A DNA stretch of 32,000 bases, taken from contig JAERTD010000086.1 in assembly GCA_016845175.1 (NCBI GenBank), positions 1 to 32,000 on the forward strand, in the 5' to 3' direction. Below, piece after piece: positions 23,423-31,908 of this stretch. The position numbers and the translations under genes were made by a program. The stretch comes from Bacteroidota bacterium. GTDB taxonomy: Bacteria; Bacteroidota; Bacteroidia; Bacteroidales; F082. Under the pieces are notes generated by a model that saw only the letters and a program-made list of their open reading frames with translations, had not been told where the DNA came from and did no database searches. How positions within the stretch are numbered: position 1 is the first letter of the stretch; each line of letters starts with the position of its first letter.

Positions 23423-25066
23423 ATGGGAGGTGCTTTTTCAACTTTGGATTATATTGTTTTTGCTGCATACGCAGTCCTGATTATTAGTGTGGGGCTTTAT
23501 GTTTCAAGAACGAAGAAGGGAACAGAAAAAACGGCAGAAGATTATTTTCTTGCAGGTAAATCATTACCCTGGTGGGCCATTGGGGCCTCACTCATTGCTG
23601 CAAACATCTCCGCAGAACAGTTTATTGGAATGTCTGGTTCAGGTTTTGCAGTGGGACTAGCCATAGCTTCCTATGAATGGATGGCGGCCATTACTTTAAT
23701 TATTGTGGCCAAATACTTTCTGCCTATTTTCATTAAACAGGGTTTATATACCATACCCGAGTTTATTGAGAAACGTTTTAATACTTCCCTGAAAACCATA
23801 TTGGCCGTTTTTTGGATTGCTCTGTTCATCTTTGTTAACCTGACCTCTGTATTGTTTTTGGGTGCTAAGGCTTTGGATACCATTCTGGGGGTTGGCAATG
23901 GAGAAACCATCACCTGGTTTATCATTGGTTTGGCTTTATTTGCGGCAGCTTATTCTGTTTGGGGTGGACTTTCTGCAGTGGCCTGGACTGATGTGATTCA
24001 GGTGGTATTGCTGGTTATTGGTGGTTTGATCACCACTTTTATTGCTCTTGATCATGTGACTCCCGAAGGTGGGGTGTTTGCCGGTTTGTCTCATATATAT
24101 GATACGGCAGGAGACAAATTTCATATGATATTGGGAAAGGATAATCCGGAGTTCACCAATTTACCCGGTATTGCTGTCTTAATTGGCGGTATGTGGGTAG
24201 CCAATTTGTATTATTGGGGGTTCAACCAATATATTATACAACGTGCATTAGCAGCGAAATCACTTAAAGAGGCTCAACGTGGACTGGCCTTTGCAGGATT
24301 CCTCAAGCTGATTTTACCTCTGGTGATTGTAGTACCGGGTATCATTGCATATGTGATGTTCAGTCAACAGGCAGGTACCTCATCGATTGCAGGGATGGAA
24401 GATGTGTTCATCAAAGCTGATGGCTCCACTGATTACGACAGAGCCTACCCATGGTTAATCAGCACTTTTATTCCGGTGGGTCTTAAAGGTTTGGTAGTAG
24501 CAGCCCTTTCTGCTGCCATAGTTTCTTCACTGGCTTCCATGCTGAATTCCACCTCTACCATATTCACCATGGATATCTACAAACCCTACATCAATAAAAA
24601 TGCTAGCAACAAACAGTTGGTTGGAGTAGGTCGCTCAACAGTTTTGGTAGCCTTGGTTATAGCGGCCTTAATAGCTCCGCAGTTGGGTTCGGTTCAACAG
24701 ATGTTTCAGTATATTCAGGAATATACAGGTTTGGTGAGTCCAGGTATTCTTGCTGTATTCTTGATGGGATTGTTTTGGAAGAAAACTTCTACTTCGGCTG
24801 CCATTTTCGGCGTTATTTCATCTATTCCTGTAGCCCTTGCCTTGAAGTTGTTACCACTGGAGATGCCCTTCCTGGATCAAATGATGTATACCATGTTGAT
24901 TACCATAGTAGTAATTGTGGGTGTTTCACTCACCACTGGTAAAGGTGATGACAACCCCAGGGGTATTCCATTATTGAAGGAGACATTCCATACCGCCAAG
25001 GTGTTTAACATAAGCGCTTATGCCATACTGGTGATATTGGTGGTATTGTATGCGGTATTTTGGTAG
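23423..25066 (+). CDS. Sodium:solute symporter family protein, SGLT-type (Na+/glucose-galactose cotransporter-like)
   Basis: About 14 hydrophobic helices. SSS/SGLT signatures: FLAGKSLPWWAIGASLIAANISAEQFIGMSG, WTDVIQ, ANLYYWGFNQYIIQRALAAKSLKEAQRG. Confidence 0.88.
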   Translation: MGGAFSTLDYIVFAAYAVLIISVGLYVSRTKKGTEKTAEDYFLAGKSLPWWAIGASLIAANISAEQFIGMSGSGFAVGLAIASYEWMAAITLIIVAKYFLPIFIKQGLYTIPEFIEKRFNTSLKTILAVFWIALFIFVNLTSVLFLGAKALDTILGVGNGETITWFIIGLALFAAAYSVWGGLSAVAWTDVIQVVLLVIGGLITTFIALDHVTPEGGVFAGLSHIYDTAGDKFHMILGKDNPEFTNLPGIAVLIGGMWVANLYYWGFNQYIIQRALAAKSLKEAQRGLAFAGFLKLILPLVIVVPGIIAYVMFSQQAGTSSIAGMEDVFIKADGSTDYDRAYPWLISTFIPVGLKGLVVAALSAAIVSSLASMLNSTSTIFTMDIYKPYINKNASNKQLVGVGRSTVLVALVIAALIAPQLGSVQQMFQYIQEYTGLVSPGILAVFLMGLFWKKTSTSAAIFGVISSIPVALALKLLPLEMPFLDQMMYTMLITIVVIVGVSLTTGKGDDNPRGIPLLKETFHTAKVFNISAYAILVILVVLYAVFW

Positions 25067-25089
25067 GAAGGAAAACGGTAAGCCAAAGA

Positions 25090-25578
25090 TTAATACCTGA
25101 TCTTATCCGCCTGACCACTTTCGATCCATTCCTTAAACACTTTAACAGCATCTTCCCTTAAGAGTTGAGAAGAAGCCATTGACCTTTTAGGTGGGTCCAG
25201 TGCCAATTCTTTGTAGAAAAATGCATCATCGAATTGTGCTTCAGCCGCATCATCTTTGGTAGCCGCATAATATAATTTGTCAATTCTTGCCCAATATACC
25301 GCACCCAGACACATGGGGCAAGGTTCGCAGCTGGCAAATATGATACAGCCACTTAAATCGTAAGTATTGAGGGTTCGACAAGCATCCCTGATAGCAACAA
25401 CTTCTGCATGAGCACTGGGGTCATTGTTTTTGATTACTTCGTTTGATCCACGGCCAACCACCTGGTCATCTTTAACCACAACCGCTCCAAAAGGCCCACC
25501 ATTGCTTCCATCAAGGTTCTTCCGCGCCAGTTTTATGGCCGCTTGCATATATTGCTCTTCTTTATTCATATGGTTCAT
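25090..25578 (-). CDS. guaD: Guanine deaminase, CDA-fold (GuaD-like; cytidine/deoxycytidylate deaminase zinc-binding family)
   Basis: Zinc motifs HAEVVAIRDA and CEPCPMCLGAVYWARI. Also GGPFGAVVVKD and the C-terminal DDAAEAQFDDAFFYKEL. As I recall B. subtilis GuaD, these track it closely rather than TadA. An alternative start exists 3 codons in (ATG 25569). Confidence 0.75.
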   Translation of the reverse strand: MNHMNKEEQYMQAAIKLARKNLDGSNGGPFGAVVVKDDQVVGRGSNEVIKNNDPSAHAEVVAIRDACRTLNTYDLSGCIIFASCEPCPMCLGAVYWARIDKLYYAATKDDAAEAQFDDAFFYKELALDPPKRSMASSQLLREDAVKVFKEWIESGQADKIRY

Positions 25579-26263
25579 GCATTGTTGAACTCCAGGGTCC
25601 TCTTTTCGTTTGTGCTTTATTACTTTCGGCCAGCAAAGTTAGGAATTTATTGCGGGAGATGGCCCTGGCACCCATACTTCTTAAGTGCTCTGTATCTTGC
25701 TGAACATCAATCATATGGAAGCTCCATTGTGTGAGGAGATCCACCAAATGCCATAGGGCGACTTTGGAAGCATCTCTTTCGTTGTGAAACATAGACTCTC
25801 CAAAAAAAGTGCCTCCAATTGAAACACCGTACAAGCCTCCTACCAGTTTCCCCTGAACATAAGTTTCCACGGAATGTGCATAACCCTGACGGTGCAGTTC
25901 AATATATGCCAGTTTCATTTCGTCAACAATCCAGGTGTCTTCTTGTCCTGCTCTTTTCATCCGGGCACAATTGTCAATGACGGCTTCAAAGTTATGATCG
26001 AATCTGACGTCAAAAAACCCTGAGTTAATTCTTTGTCTTAGGCTTTTACGCCTTTTAAAATCCTTGGGAAACAATACCATGCGTGGGTCAGGAGACCACC
26101 ACAAAATGGGTTGTCCTTCGGCATACCACGGGAAGATACCCGAGTGGTAAGCCAACAATAGCCGATCTGTTGACAGATCTCCACCAACGGCCAACAAACC
26201 TTCTGCATCAGCATGTTCAGCAGGAGGGAAGATACATTCATCAATGAGTTGATACACTGGCAT
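25562..26263 (-). CDS. aat: Leucyl/phenylalanyl-tRNA--protein transferase
   Basis: N-terminal FPPAEHADAEGLLAVGGDLSTDRLLLAYHSGIFPWY and PILWWSPDPRMVL, then GESMFH. About 230 aa, typical of Aat. The 3' end overlaps the guaD start by 17 nt. Confidence 0.9.
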   Translation of the reverse strand: MPVYQLIDECIFPPAEHADAEGLLAVGGDLSTDRLLLAYHSGIFPWYAEGQPILWWSPDPRMVLFPKDFKRRKSLRQRINSGFFDVRFDHNFEAVIDNCARMKRAGQEDTWIVDEMKLAYIELHRQGYAHSVETYVQGKLVGGLYGVSIGGTFFGESMFHNERDASKVALWHLVDLLTQWSFHMIDVQQDTEHLRSMGARAISRNKFLTLLAESNKAQTKRGPWSSTMHEPYE

Positions 26264-26283
26264 CTTGTGGATATCCTTGATAA

Positions 26284-27909
26284 CTATTTATTCAGTATCA
26301 TTTTCAGCTGATGGGTTTTAACTCCATCATCAAGAGTGATTAGATAGGTGCCGTTTTCCATTGATTCAGGAAGGTGTAGCTGTTGTCCCGATGTATAAGA
26401 AAGTGTATGTAGAAGCTGTCCCGATGTATTCCAGATGCTAAGACTTATTGCTGAGATGTTTTGATCTGATAATATAGTGAAGTTGCCATCATTGGGATTG
26501 GGAGCAATTTGGTAACTATCCTTTATTTCATTTAACTCAAAAGTATGAACGATATCGAACCAAAAAGTAAAATATCCTTGTGGTGCTGATAAAGGATAGC
26601 TTGTATAGGTATTTTCCGATATGGCCTCCAGATAATAATGGACAGTATCCGAAGGACTTAAGCCTTCGATGATGCCTACATGCTGAGGACAAACCAGATG
26701 GACCTCGGTTTTGGTATAATCCGGCGCATCATCTACCTTATAATACAACCACATGGCTTCCACGGCTTCCATGGCATTGCATAAACAGGTGATCCCATAA
26801 TCCTCCTGGAATTCTTGTGGGCCTTCTGTTTTCCGATGAAGAATCCGAAGGAAATGTGGTGGTGCTACTTCAGATATTATGGCCTGCAGACTCCTATGGT
26901 TTGCAGATAATGAAGTTGCATGTATTGGAATGATCTGATAGCCAGTGAGTGTTTCTTGTAAAAGACTCACCGCCTGCTGATCAAAAGCAGCATTATTATA
27001 GGAGGGAAGCAGTATCTTCTCATTGATCTGTACCATGGTAGTGTAGCTGCGGCTTTCACCATTTATGTGGCCAGGATATTGACCGTCATCATTGGGTGGT
27101 GATGGAATTCTGATGATTTTATAGGGATCACCAAAACGGTTGAGCAATGAAGATAATAGGCTTACATTCTCCTCCAAAAGATCATAATCAGGAAGGCTGT
27201 CAGGAAGAGAAGCAACGGCAATGCTTTCGTAGTCAATAAGCTTCATAAACTGGTTAATACCCACAGCCTGACCACCACCAGAGTGTTTCAGCTGGTTCAG
27301 GAATACAAAATCATTGACATTAAACAATTGTATGTGTTGGGTTTTGATTTCATATTCAGTGAGTCCCGGATTTTGTTCCAGAATATAATCGGAAGCGAAG
27401 CCACGCATCAGACCATCAAACTGAAAATGACTACCATCGAGTATTAATTCTGTACTGGCCAAATTCCAATTCCATTGGTCTGCCATCAGTTGAGGAATGG
27501 CATCATCCAAAGGTTTCAAAGAGTCATAAGCGGCATCTAAGATATATCGATGGGGTTGATCGTTGTATATGCCATAGTTTGTCCACGGTCCATAGGACCC
27601 AATATTGATGTCATTGGTGGCACCGGATAAAAAACTAAAACTGCTTTGCTCAACGCCAATGTTCATGAGGAATTGGCGAATTTCATTAGTGTCTGTCTGG
27701 CTTTGTTGAGGATTGTATATCAACCAACTATGCCCGGATGTGTCGATGGACTGAATAATATTGGCCACAAGACTGTCGTGATGAGGTTCATAAGCCCAAA
27801 CCATTACCAGCCCTTCCTTTCTTTCAAATGCTGCCGGAGTCTCAATGGCGAGCTGGGCAAAACCATGTAAGCTGGTTAAGATCAATAGAAAAAGGCTAAA
27901 CAGTTTCAT
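26284..27909 (-). CDS. Secreted T9SS cargo protein with an agmatine-deiminase/PAD_porph-like (guanidino-group-modifying enzyme fold) N-terminal region
   Basis: Start set at ATG 27909, giving the signal peptide MKLFSLFLLILTSLHGFAQ. Motif-level resemblance to my memory of the PAD_porph family: PAAFERKEGLVMVWAY, WLIYNP, NDINIGSYGPW, LILDGSHFQFDG, EQNPGLTEYEI, RSYTTMVQINEKILLPSY. The family call is tentative; the T9SS CTD is strong. Confidence 0.6.
   Translation of the reverse strand: MKLFSLFLLILTSLHGFAQLAIETPAAFERKEGLVMVWAYEPHHDSLVANIIQSIDTSGHSWLIYNPQQSQTDTNEIRQFLMNIGVEQSSFSFLSGATNDINIGSYGPWTNYGIYNDQPHRYILDAAYDSLKPLDDAIPQLMADQWNWNLASTELILDGSHFQFDGLMRGFASDYILEQNPGLTEYEIKTQHIQLFNVNDFVFLNQLKHSGGGQAVGINQFMKLIDYESIAVASLPDSLPDYDLLEENVSLLSSLLNRFGDPYKIIRIPSPPNDDGQYPGHINGESRSYTTMVQINEKILLPSYNNAAFDQQAVSLLQETLTGYQIIPIHATSLSANHRSLQAIISEVAPPHFLRILHRKTEGPQEFQEDYGITCLCNAMEAVEAMWLYYKVDDAPDYTKTEVHLVCPQHVGIIEGLSPSDTVHYYLEAISENTYTSYPLSAPQGYFTFWFDIVHTFELNEIKDSYQIAPNPNDGNFTILSDQNISAISLSIWNTSGQLLHTLSYTSGQQLHLPESMENGTYLITLDDGVKTHQLKMILNK
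26287..26514 (-). other. T9SS (Por secretion system) C-terminal sorting domain
   Basis: The last 76 aa, YQIAPNPNDGNFTILSD..ISLSIWNTSGQLL....MENGTYLITLDDGVKTHQLKMILNK, match the classic TIGR04183-type pattern (PNP..G.F, .i.d..G, G.Y.i, k.i.k). Confidence 0.85.
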
Positions 27910-29101
27910 GTGATAATTGATCAAGGCATTTAACAATAATGTCACAACTTTTTGAAATCTCAGTCGAACTTATGGTCAGGGGAGGAGCTATCCTGAAACT
28001 GTTGTTATTGAATAGAAACTGGTCAACAATAAGACCGCTTTGTTGAAAATCTTTGAGTAACCTGGAAACATTATATTTCTCTAGTAATTCTACACCCAGC
28101 ATCAGTCCTTTTTGTCGAATTTGCTTAACGCTCGTATGCTTGCTTAAACGATTATTAAACTCATGACCTTTACTATGGGCTTTTATATGTAATTTATCTT
28201 CAAGGATTAGCTCAAGTGAAGCCAGGGCAGCAGCACAACTTACCGGATGTCCGCCAAAAGTAGTGATATGACCCAGAGCAGGGTGGTGTGTAAGGGTTTG
28301 CATCATTTCTTTGGATGACACAAAGGCCCCTATGGGCATACCTCCTCCCATACCTTTTGCCAGACATAATATATCCGGAACCACATCAAAGTGCTCATAA
28401 GCAAATAGTTTACCGCTGCGACCAAACCCCATCTGCACCTCATCAAATATGAGGAGTGTTCCTGTTTCTGTACATTTTTCTCTGAGTGCCTGTAAATAGC
28501 TTTTGTCAGGAATAATTATACCAGCCTCTGCCTGAATGGGTTCGATGAGTACGCATGCTACATTTTCATCGATACGCTCCAGTTGTGAATGCTTGTTGAA
28601 TTCAAGGAATTGTATATCAGGAAGTAGTGGTCGGTAGGCAAATTTCATATCTTCATTTCCCAACATACTCAGTGCACCATGGGTTGAACCATGGTAAGCA
28701 TTGTGGCAAGCCAGCAACTGTGATCTGCCTGTGACCCGTTTGGCCAATTTTAGTGCTCCTTCAATGGCTTCACTTCCCGAATTCACAAAGTAAACAGAAT
28801 CAAGCCCTGAAGCCAGCTGATCAGCAAGTTTTTTGGCCAGTTGTACTTGTGGTGACTGAACAAACTTTCCATAAACCATTAAATGCATATATTGATCCAC
28901 CTGGGTTTTGATAGCCGCAACAACCTTAGGGTGTCTATGGCCCACATTACTTACTGAAACCCCTGAAACAAGGTCTATATATGCCTTGCCATCTGTATCA
29001 TAAAGGTAGATTCCCTCTGAGCTGACGATCTCAATGGCATCTTTTACTTCAGAAGGCAATGCCAGATGGTCCAGGAAAAGTTGACGGTTGCTGATATGCA
29101 T
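27896..29101 (-). CDS. Class-III PLP aminotransferase (acetylornithine/ornithine aminotransferase-like)
   Basis: YFVNSGSEAIEGALKLAKR, FDEVQMGFGRSGKLFA, LCLAKGMGGGMPIGAF (PLP Lys), TFGGHPVSCAAALA. I moved the start from 29176 to ATG 29101. A -7 box sits 19 nt upstream of it, and the 25-aa extension (MVRHIRKRGRCFLAF..) is non-homologous. Confidence 0.85.
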   Translation of the reverse strand: MHISNRQLFLDHLALPSEVKDAIEIVSSEGIYLYDTDGKAYIDLVSGVSVSNVGHRHPKVVAAIKTQVDQYMHLMVYGKFVQSPQVQLAKKLADQLASGLDSVYFVNSGSEAIEGALKLAKRVTGRSQLLACHNAYHGSTHGALSMLGNEDMKFAYRPLLPDIQFLEFNKHSQLERIDENVACVLIEPIQAEAGIIIPDKSYLQALREKCTETGTLLIFDEVQMGFGRSGKLFAYEHFDVVPDILCLAKGMGGGMPIGAFVSSKEMMQTLTHHPALGHITTFGGHPVSCAAALASLELILEDKLHIKAHSKGHEFNNRLSKHTSVKQIRQKGLMLGVELLEKYNVSRLLKDFQQSGLIVDQFLFNNNSFRIAPPLTISSTEISKSCDIIVKCLDQLSHETV

Positions 29102-29119
29102 ACTATTGCTATTAGGCCT

Positions 29120-29127
29120 CAAAAGTA
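29120..29127 (-). promoter_or_regulatory. Candidate -7 box (minus strand TACTTTTG) for the aminotransferase/T9SS-cargo/aat/guaD operon
   Basis: Plus-strand CAAAAGTA is TAnnTTTG on the minus strand, 19 nt upstream of ATG 29101. Confidence 0.45.
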
Positions 29128-29234
29128 AGCAAAAGGCCAAAAAGCAGCGTCCTCTTTTACGAATATGCCTGACCATTTATTTTACCAGATGCTAATTTCC
29201 ATCCTGGATACTGGCCATTGTATGTGGGAAGTGC

Positions 29235-29242
29235 TATATTTG
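29235..29242 (+). promoter_or_regulatory. Candidate -7 box TATATTTG for the SDR gene
   Basis: Exact TAnnTTTG match, 40 nt upstream of ATG 29282. Confidence 0.45.
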
Positions 29243-29281
29243 TTACAGCATATGTCTATTGCTATATGATATTCCATACCG

Positions 29282-30088
29282 ATGAAAGATAATGTAGTTG
29301 TGATTACCGGAGCAAGTTCAGGTATTGGGAAGGCTTTGGCCTATACCTATGCAGCTAAAGGGTCCAAAGTTGTTATTGGAGCCCGTAACCACAGCAAGCT
29401 TCTGGAAATTGTGGAGGACCTTAAACTAAAGGGCCATGAAGTGACTTTCGTTCAAACGGATGTCAGTAAAGAATCGGATTGTAATAACCTCATACAAACG
29501 GCCATCAATCAGTATGGTGGAGTAGATATTTTGATCAACAATGCCGGAATTTCCATGCGGGCCCTTTTTGAAGACACCGACCTTGAAGTCATCAGAAAAT
29601 TGATGGATGTGAATTTCTGGGGCACAGTCTATTGCACAAAATATGCCCTACCACATCTTATTCAAAGTAAAGGAAGTATTGTTGGGGTATCTTCGGTGGC
29701 TGGAATAAAAGGCTTACCAGCCCGTTCAGGCTACTCTGCCTCGAAATTTGCCATGGTAGGGTTTTTGGAAAGTGTCAGAATTGAAAATCTGAAAAACGGA
29801 TTACATGTTTTGACTGCTTTTCCTGGTTTTACCACTTCAAATATCAGAAATACAGCCCTGGATGCCAAAGGCAGTGAGCAAAGTGAATCTCCGCGCGATG
29901 AGCAAAAAATGATGAGCGCTGATGCAGTTTCTCACCATATTTATCATGCTGTTCGTAAAAGGAAAAACACCATTACCTTAACCAGTCAGGGAAAGATGAC
30001 CGCATTGGTGAATAAATTTTTTCCATCCTGGCTGGATAGGATTGTATTCAATATACTGGCCAAAGAACCTGATTCACCTCTGAAATAG
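29282..30088 (+). CDS. Short-chain dehydrogenase/reductase (classical SDR)
   Basis: Cofactor motif VVVITGASSGIGKALA, NNAG, and catalytic SSVAG...YSASK. Confidence 0.88.
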   Translation: MKDNVVVITGASSGIGKALAYTYAAKGSKVVIGARNHSKLLEIVEDLKLKGHEVTFVQTDVSKESDCNNLIQTAINQYGGVDILINNAGISMRALFEDTDLEVIRKLMDVNFWGTVYCTKYALPHLIQSKGSIVGVSSVAGIKGLPARSGYSASKFAMVGFLESVRIENLKNGLHVLTAFPGFTTSNIRNTALDAKGSEQSESPRDEQKMMSADAVSHHIYHAVRKRKNTITLTSQGKMTALVNKFFPSWLDRIVFNILAKEPDSPLK

Positions 30089-30226
30089 GTGCCAATTACC
30101 ATGGTTAACAGATATTTGGGAGCAGATAAATTGCCCCCATTCTCCTGATTATGCTTCTGAATTAATTAGAACCAAAAAAAATAGCAGAATTGTATCGAAT
30201 AATGAGAATTGGTCATCGATTTTATT

Positions 30227-30234
30227 TATGTTTG
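30227..30234 (+). promoter_or_regulatory. Candidate -7 box TATGTTTG for the 156-aa hypothetical gene
   Basis: Exact TAnnTTTG match, 32 nt upstream of ATG 30266. Confidence 0.4.
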
Positions 30235-30265
30235 TTCTCCAACGAGTTAATTTATTGTTACTAAT

Positions 30266-30736
30266 ATGACCACTACATCAAGTAATTTAACCAGCTTTGA
30301 TATCAAGCCAAATAAAGGTTTTGGCCCCATTGAATTTGGGGATAATATGGACCGTTTTGTTTCTCAATATGGAGAACCTGAAGAAGTAGACAGCTTCGAT
30401 GAAGATGAAGAACTCAATACCACTGTCCTTCATTATTGGGAAAAAGGATTTTCCATCTTTTTTGTTGGTTTGGCTTCCCAGGTTTTGGCCGGAATTGAAA
30501 CAGATCATTCCGATTCTACCCTTTACGGTCAGAAGATACTGGGTATGAAAGAAGCTGAATTCGTTGCTTTTATGGAGAAAAACGGGCATAACGAATACGA
30601 AGTTGAACTCGATAAAAAGGACAAGCGATTATCCTATGAAGTAAGCATGATGGATTTCTTCTTCCGGGAAGATCAACTGGTATATATGAATTTTGGTGTA
30701 CTGGTAGATCAGGAAGGCGTTATTGAGGCAGTATAG
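30266..30736 (+). CDS. Small acidic cytoplasmic hypothetical protein (156 aa)
   Basis: ORF with its own promoter box. No signal peptide, acidic (many D/E), no motif I recognise. Confidence 0.6.
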   Translation: MTTTSSNLTSFDIKPNKGFGPIEFGDNMDRFVSQYGEPEEVDSFDEDEELNTTVLHYWEKGFSIFFVGLASQVLAGIETDHSDSTLYGQKILGMKEAEFVAFMEKNGHNEYEVELDKKDKRLSYEVSMMDFFFREDQLVYMNFGVLVDQEGVIEAV

Positions 30737-30738
30737 TT

Positions 30739-30757
30739 TCCTCAAACTTTAAGAGGA
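30739..30757. terminator. Weak hairpin between convergent genes (TCCTC-aaactttaa-GAGGA)
   Basis: 5-bp stem with a 9-nt loop, 3 nt after the stop at 30736 and 16 nt before the xerD stop. No strong U-tract. Confidence 0.2.
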
Positions 30758-30772
30758 GCTGAGTAATTATTC

Positions 30773-31717
30773 CTATTGGTTTCGTGGATGAAAATCAAGG
30801 ATGGCTTTTCTAAGGTCATCCCGATTGAGATGTGTGTATATTTCGGTGGTTGTAATGGACACATGACCCAGTAACTCCTGAATAGCCCTCAAATCAGCAC
30901 CATTCTGGACCAGGTGGGTAGCAAAGGAATGCCGGAAAGCATGAGGACTGATTTTCTTTTGAATTCCTGCAATACTGGCTTGCTTTTTAACCATTAAAAA
31001 GATCATCTGCCTACTGAGTGCCTTACCTCTTCTGTTCAGAAATAAAATATCTTCACATTTAGGATCAATGGGTTGTTGAATTCTGACTTCATTGCGGTAT
31101 ATGTCAATTTGCTGTATGGCAGCTCCACCGATGGGTACTAAGCGCTGTTTGTCACCTTTTCCAATGACCTTTATAATCCCTTCCTTAAAATACAAATCAG
31201 ATATTCTGAGGCTAATGAGTTCAGAAACACGTAAGCCACAACCATATAGAGTTTCCAGGATAGCCTTATTTCGTTGACCTTCAGGTTCTGATAAATCTAT
31301 CCCTGCAATGATAGCATCCACCTCATCTACACTGAGCACTTCCGGTAGTTTGCGACCCAATCGTGGAGCCTCAAGTAAATCTGACGGATCCTTATCAATA
31401 ATTTTTTCCAGATAGAGGTATTTGAAAAAGGATTTAATACCGGATATAACTCTTGCCTGACTATGAGCCCCTAATCCGACTGTATTAATATGACTGACAA
31501 AGTCTCTAAGATCAGCTAGCTGTACACTGTTTATGGGTGTGCAGTTTTTTTGTTCTTCGAGAAATATAAGAAGCAAATGTACATCGTGGATATATGCCTG
31601 TACGGTATTGGGAGACATGGAGCGTTCCAGTTGTAAATAGTTTTTGAATCCGTTTTGATAGGCTTTATAAATCACAAGCTCAATAATTGTGTTAATCAAA
31701 TGTACGAATTTCACCAC
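30773..31717 (-). CDS. xerD: Tyrosine site-specific recombinase XerD-like
   Basis: N-terminal SAM-like domain FKNYLQLERSMSPNTVQAYIHDV. Catalytic residues GLRVSELISL (Arg), HAFRHSFATHL (His-x-x-Arg), LGHVSITTTEIYTH (His, Tyr). GTG start at 31717, since no upstream ATG is available. Confidence 0.85.
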   Translation of the reverse strand: MVKFVHLINTIIELVIYKAYQNGFKNYLQLERSMSPNTVQAYIHDVHLLLIFLEEQKNCTPINSVQLADLRDFVSHINTVGLGAHSQARVISGIKSFFKYLYLEKIIDKDPSDLLEAPRLGRKLPEVLSVDEVDAIIAGIDLSEPEGQRNKAILETLYGCGLRVSELISLRISDLYFKEGIIKVIGKGDKQRLVPIGGAAIQQIDIYRNEVRIQQPIDPKCEDILFLNRRGKALSRQMIFLMVKKQASIAGIQKKISPHAFRHSFATHLVQNGADLRAIQELLGHVSITTTEIYTHLNRDDLRKAILDFHPRNQ

Positions 31718-31843
31718 TGCATTAACGATACGCCAAGGATTTGAATTCCATCAGTGAATCCCATGCAAACCTGGCTTAAAATCCTGATTCACAAATCTTC
31801 CTAAACTTAGCCTTTCATTGTAGGAAAAATGAACATTAAAACG

Positions 31844-31851
31844 TATTTTTG
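31844..31851 (+). promoter_or_regulatory. Candidate -7 box TATTTTTG for the acyl-CoA dehydrogenase gene
   Basis: Exact TAnnTTTG match, 58 nt upstream of ATG 31909. Confidence 0.4.
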
Positions 31852-31908
31852 TTAGCTACACATCATAAGCTTTACTTAGCGTAGTATTAACCAAAATTTT
31901 ATTCTAAA

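Noticed and set aside
26284-27909. A firm claim that the PAD-like T9SS protein is a dead enzyme lacking the catalytic Cys
   Set aside because: The position I first aligned has Ala. However, a GITCLCN string that also resembles the GIHCITQ nucleophile motif lies about 35 residues downstream. Without a real profile alignment I cannot tell which is homologous. I have therefore kept this only as an open question in the findings.
30773-31717. The tyrosine recombinase as the integrase of a mobile element or genomic island
   Set aside because: The sequence has the XerD-type N-terminal domain and catalytic tetrad. I saw no flanking direct repeats, tRNA target, excisionase, transposase or phage genes. 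It is most simply the chromosomal dimer-resolution recombinase.
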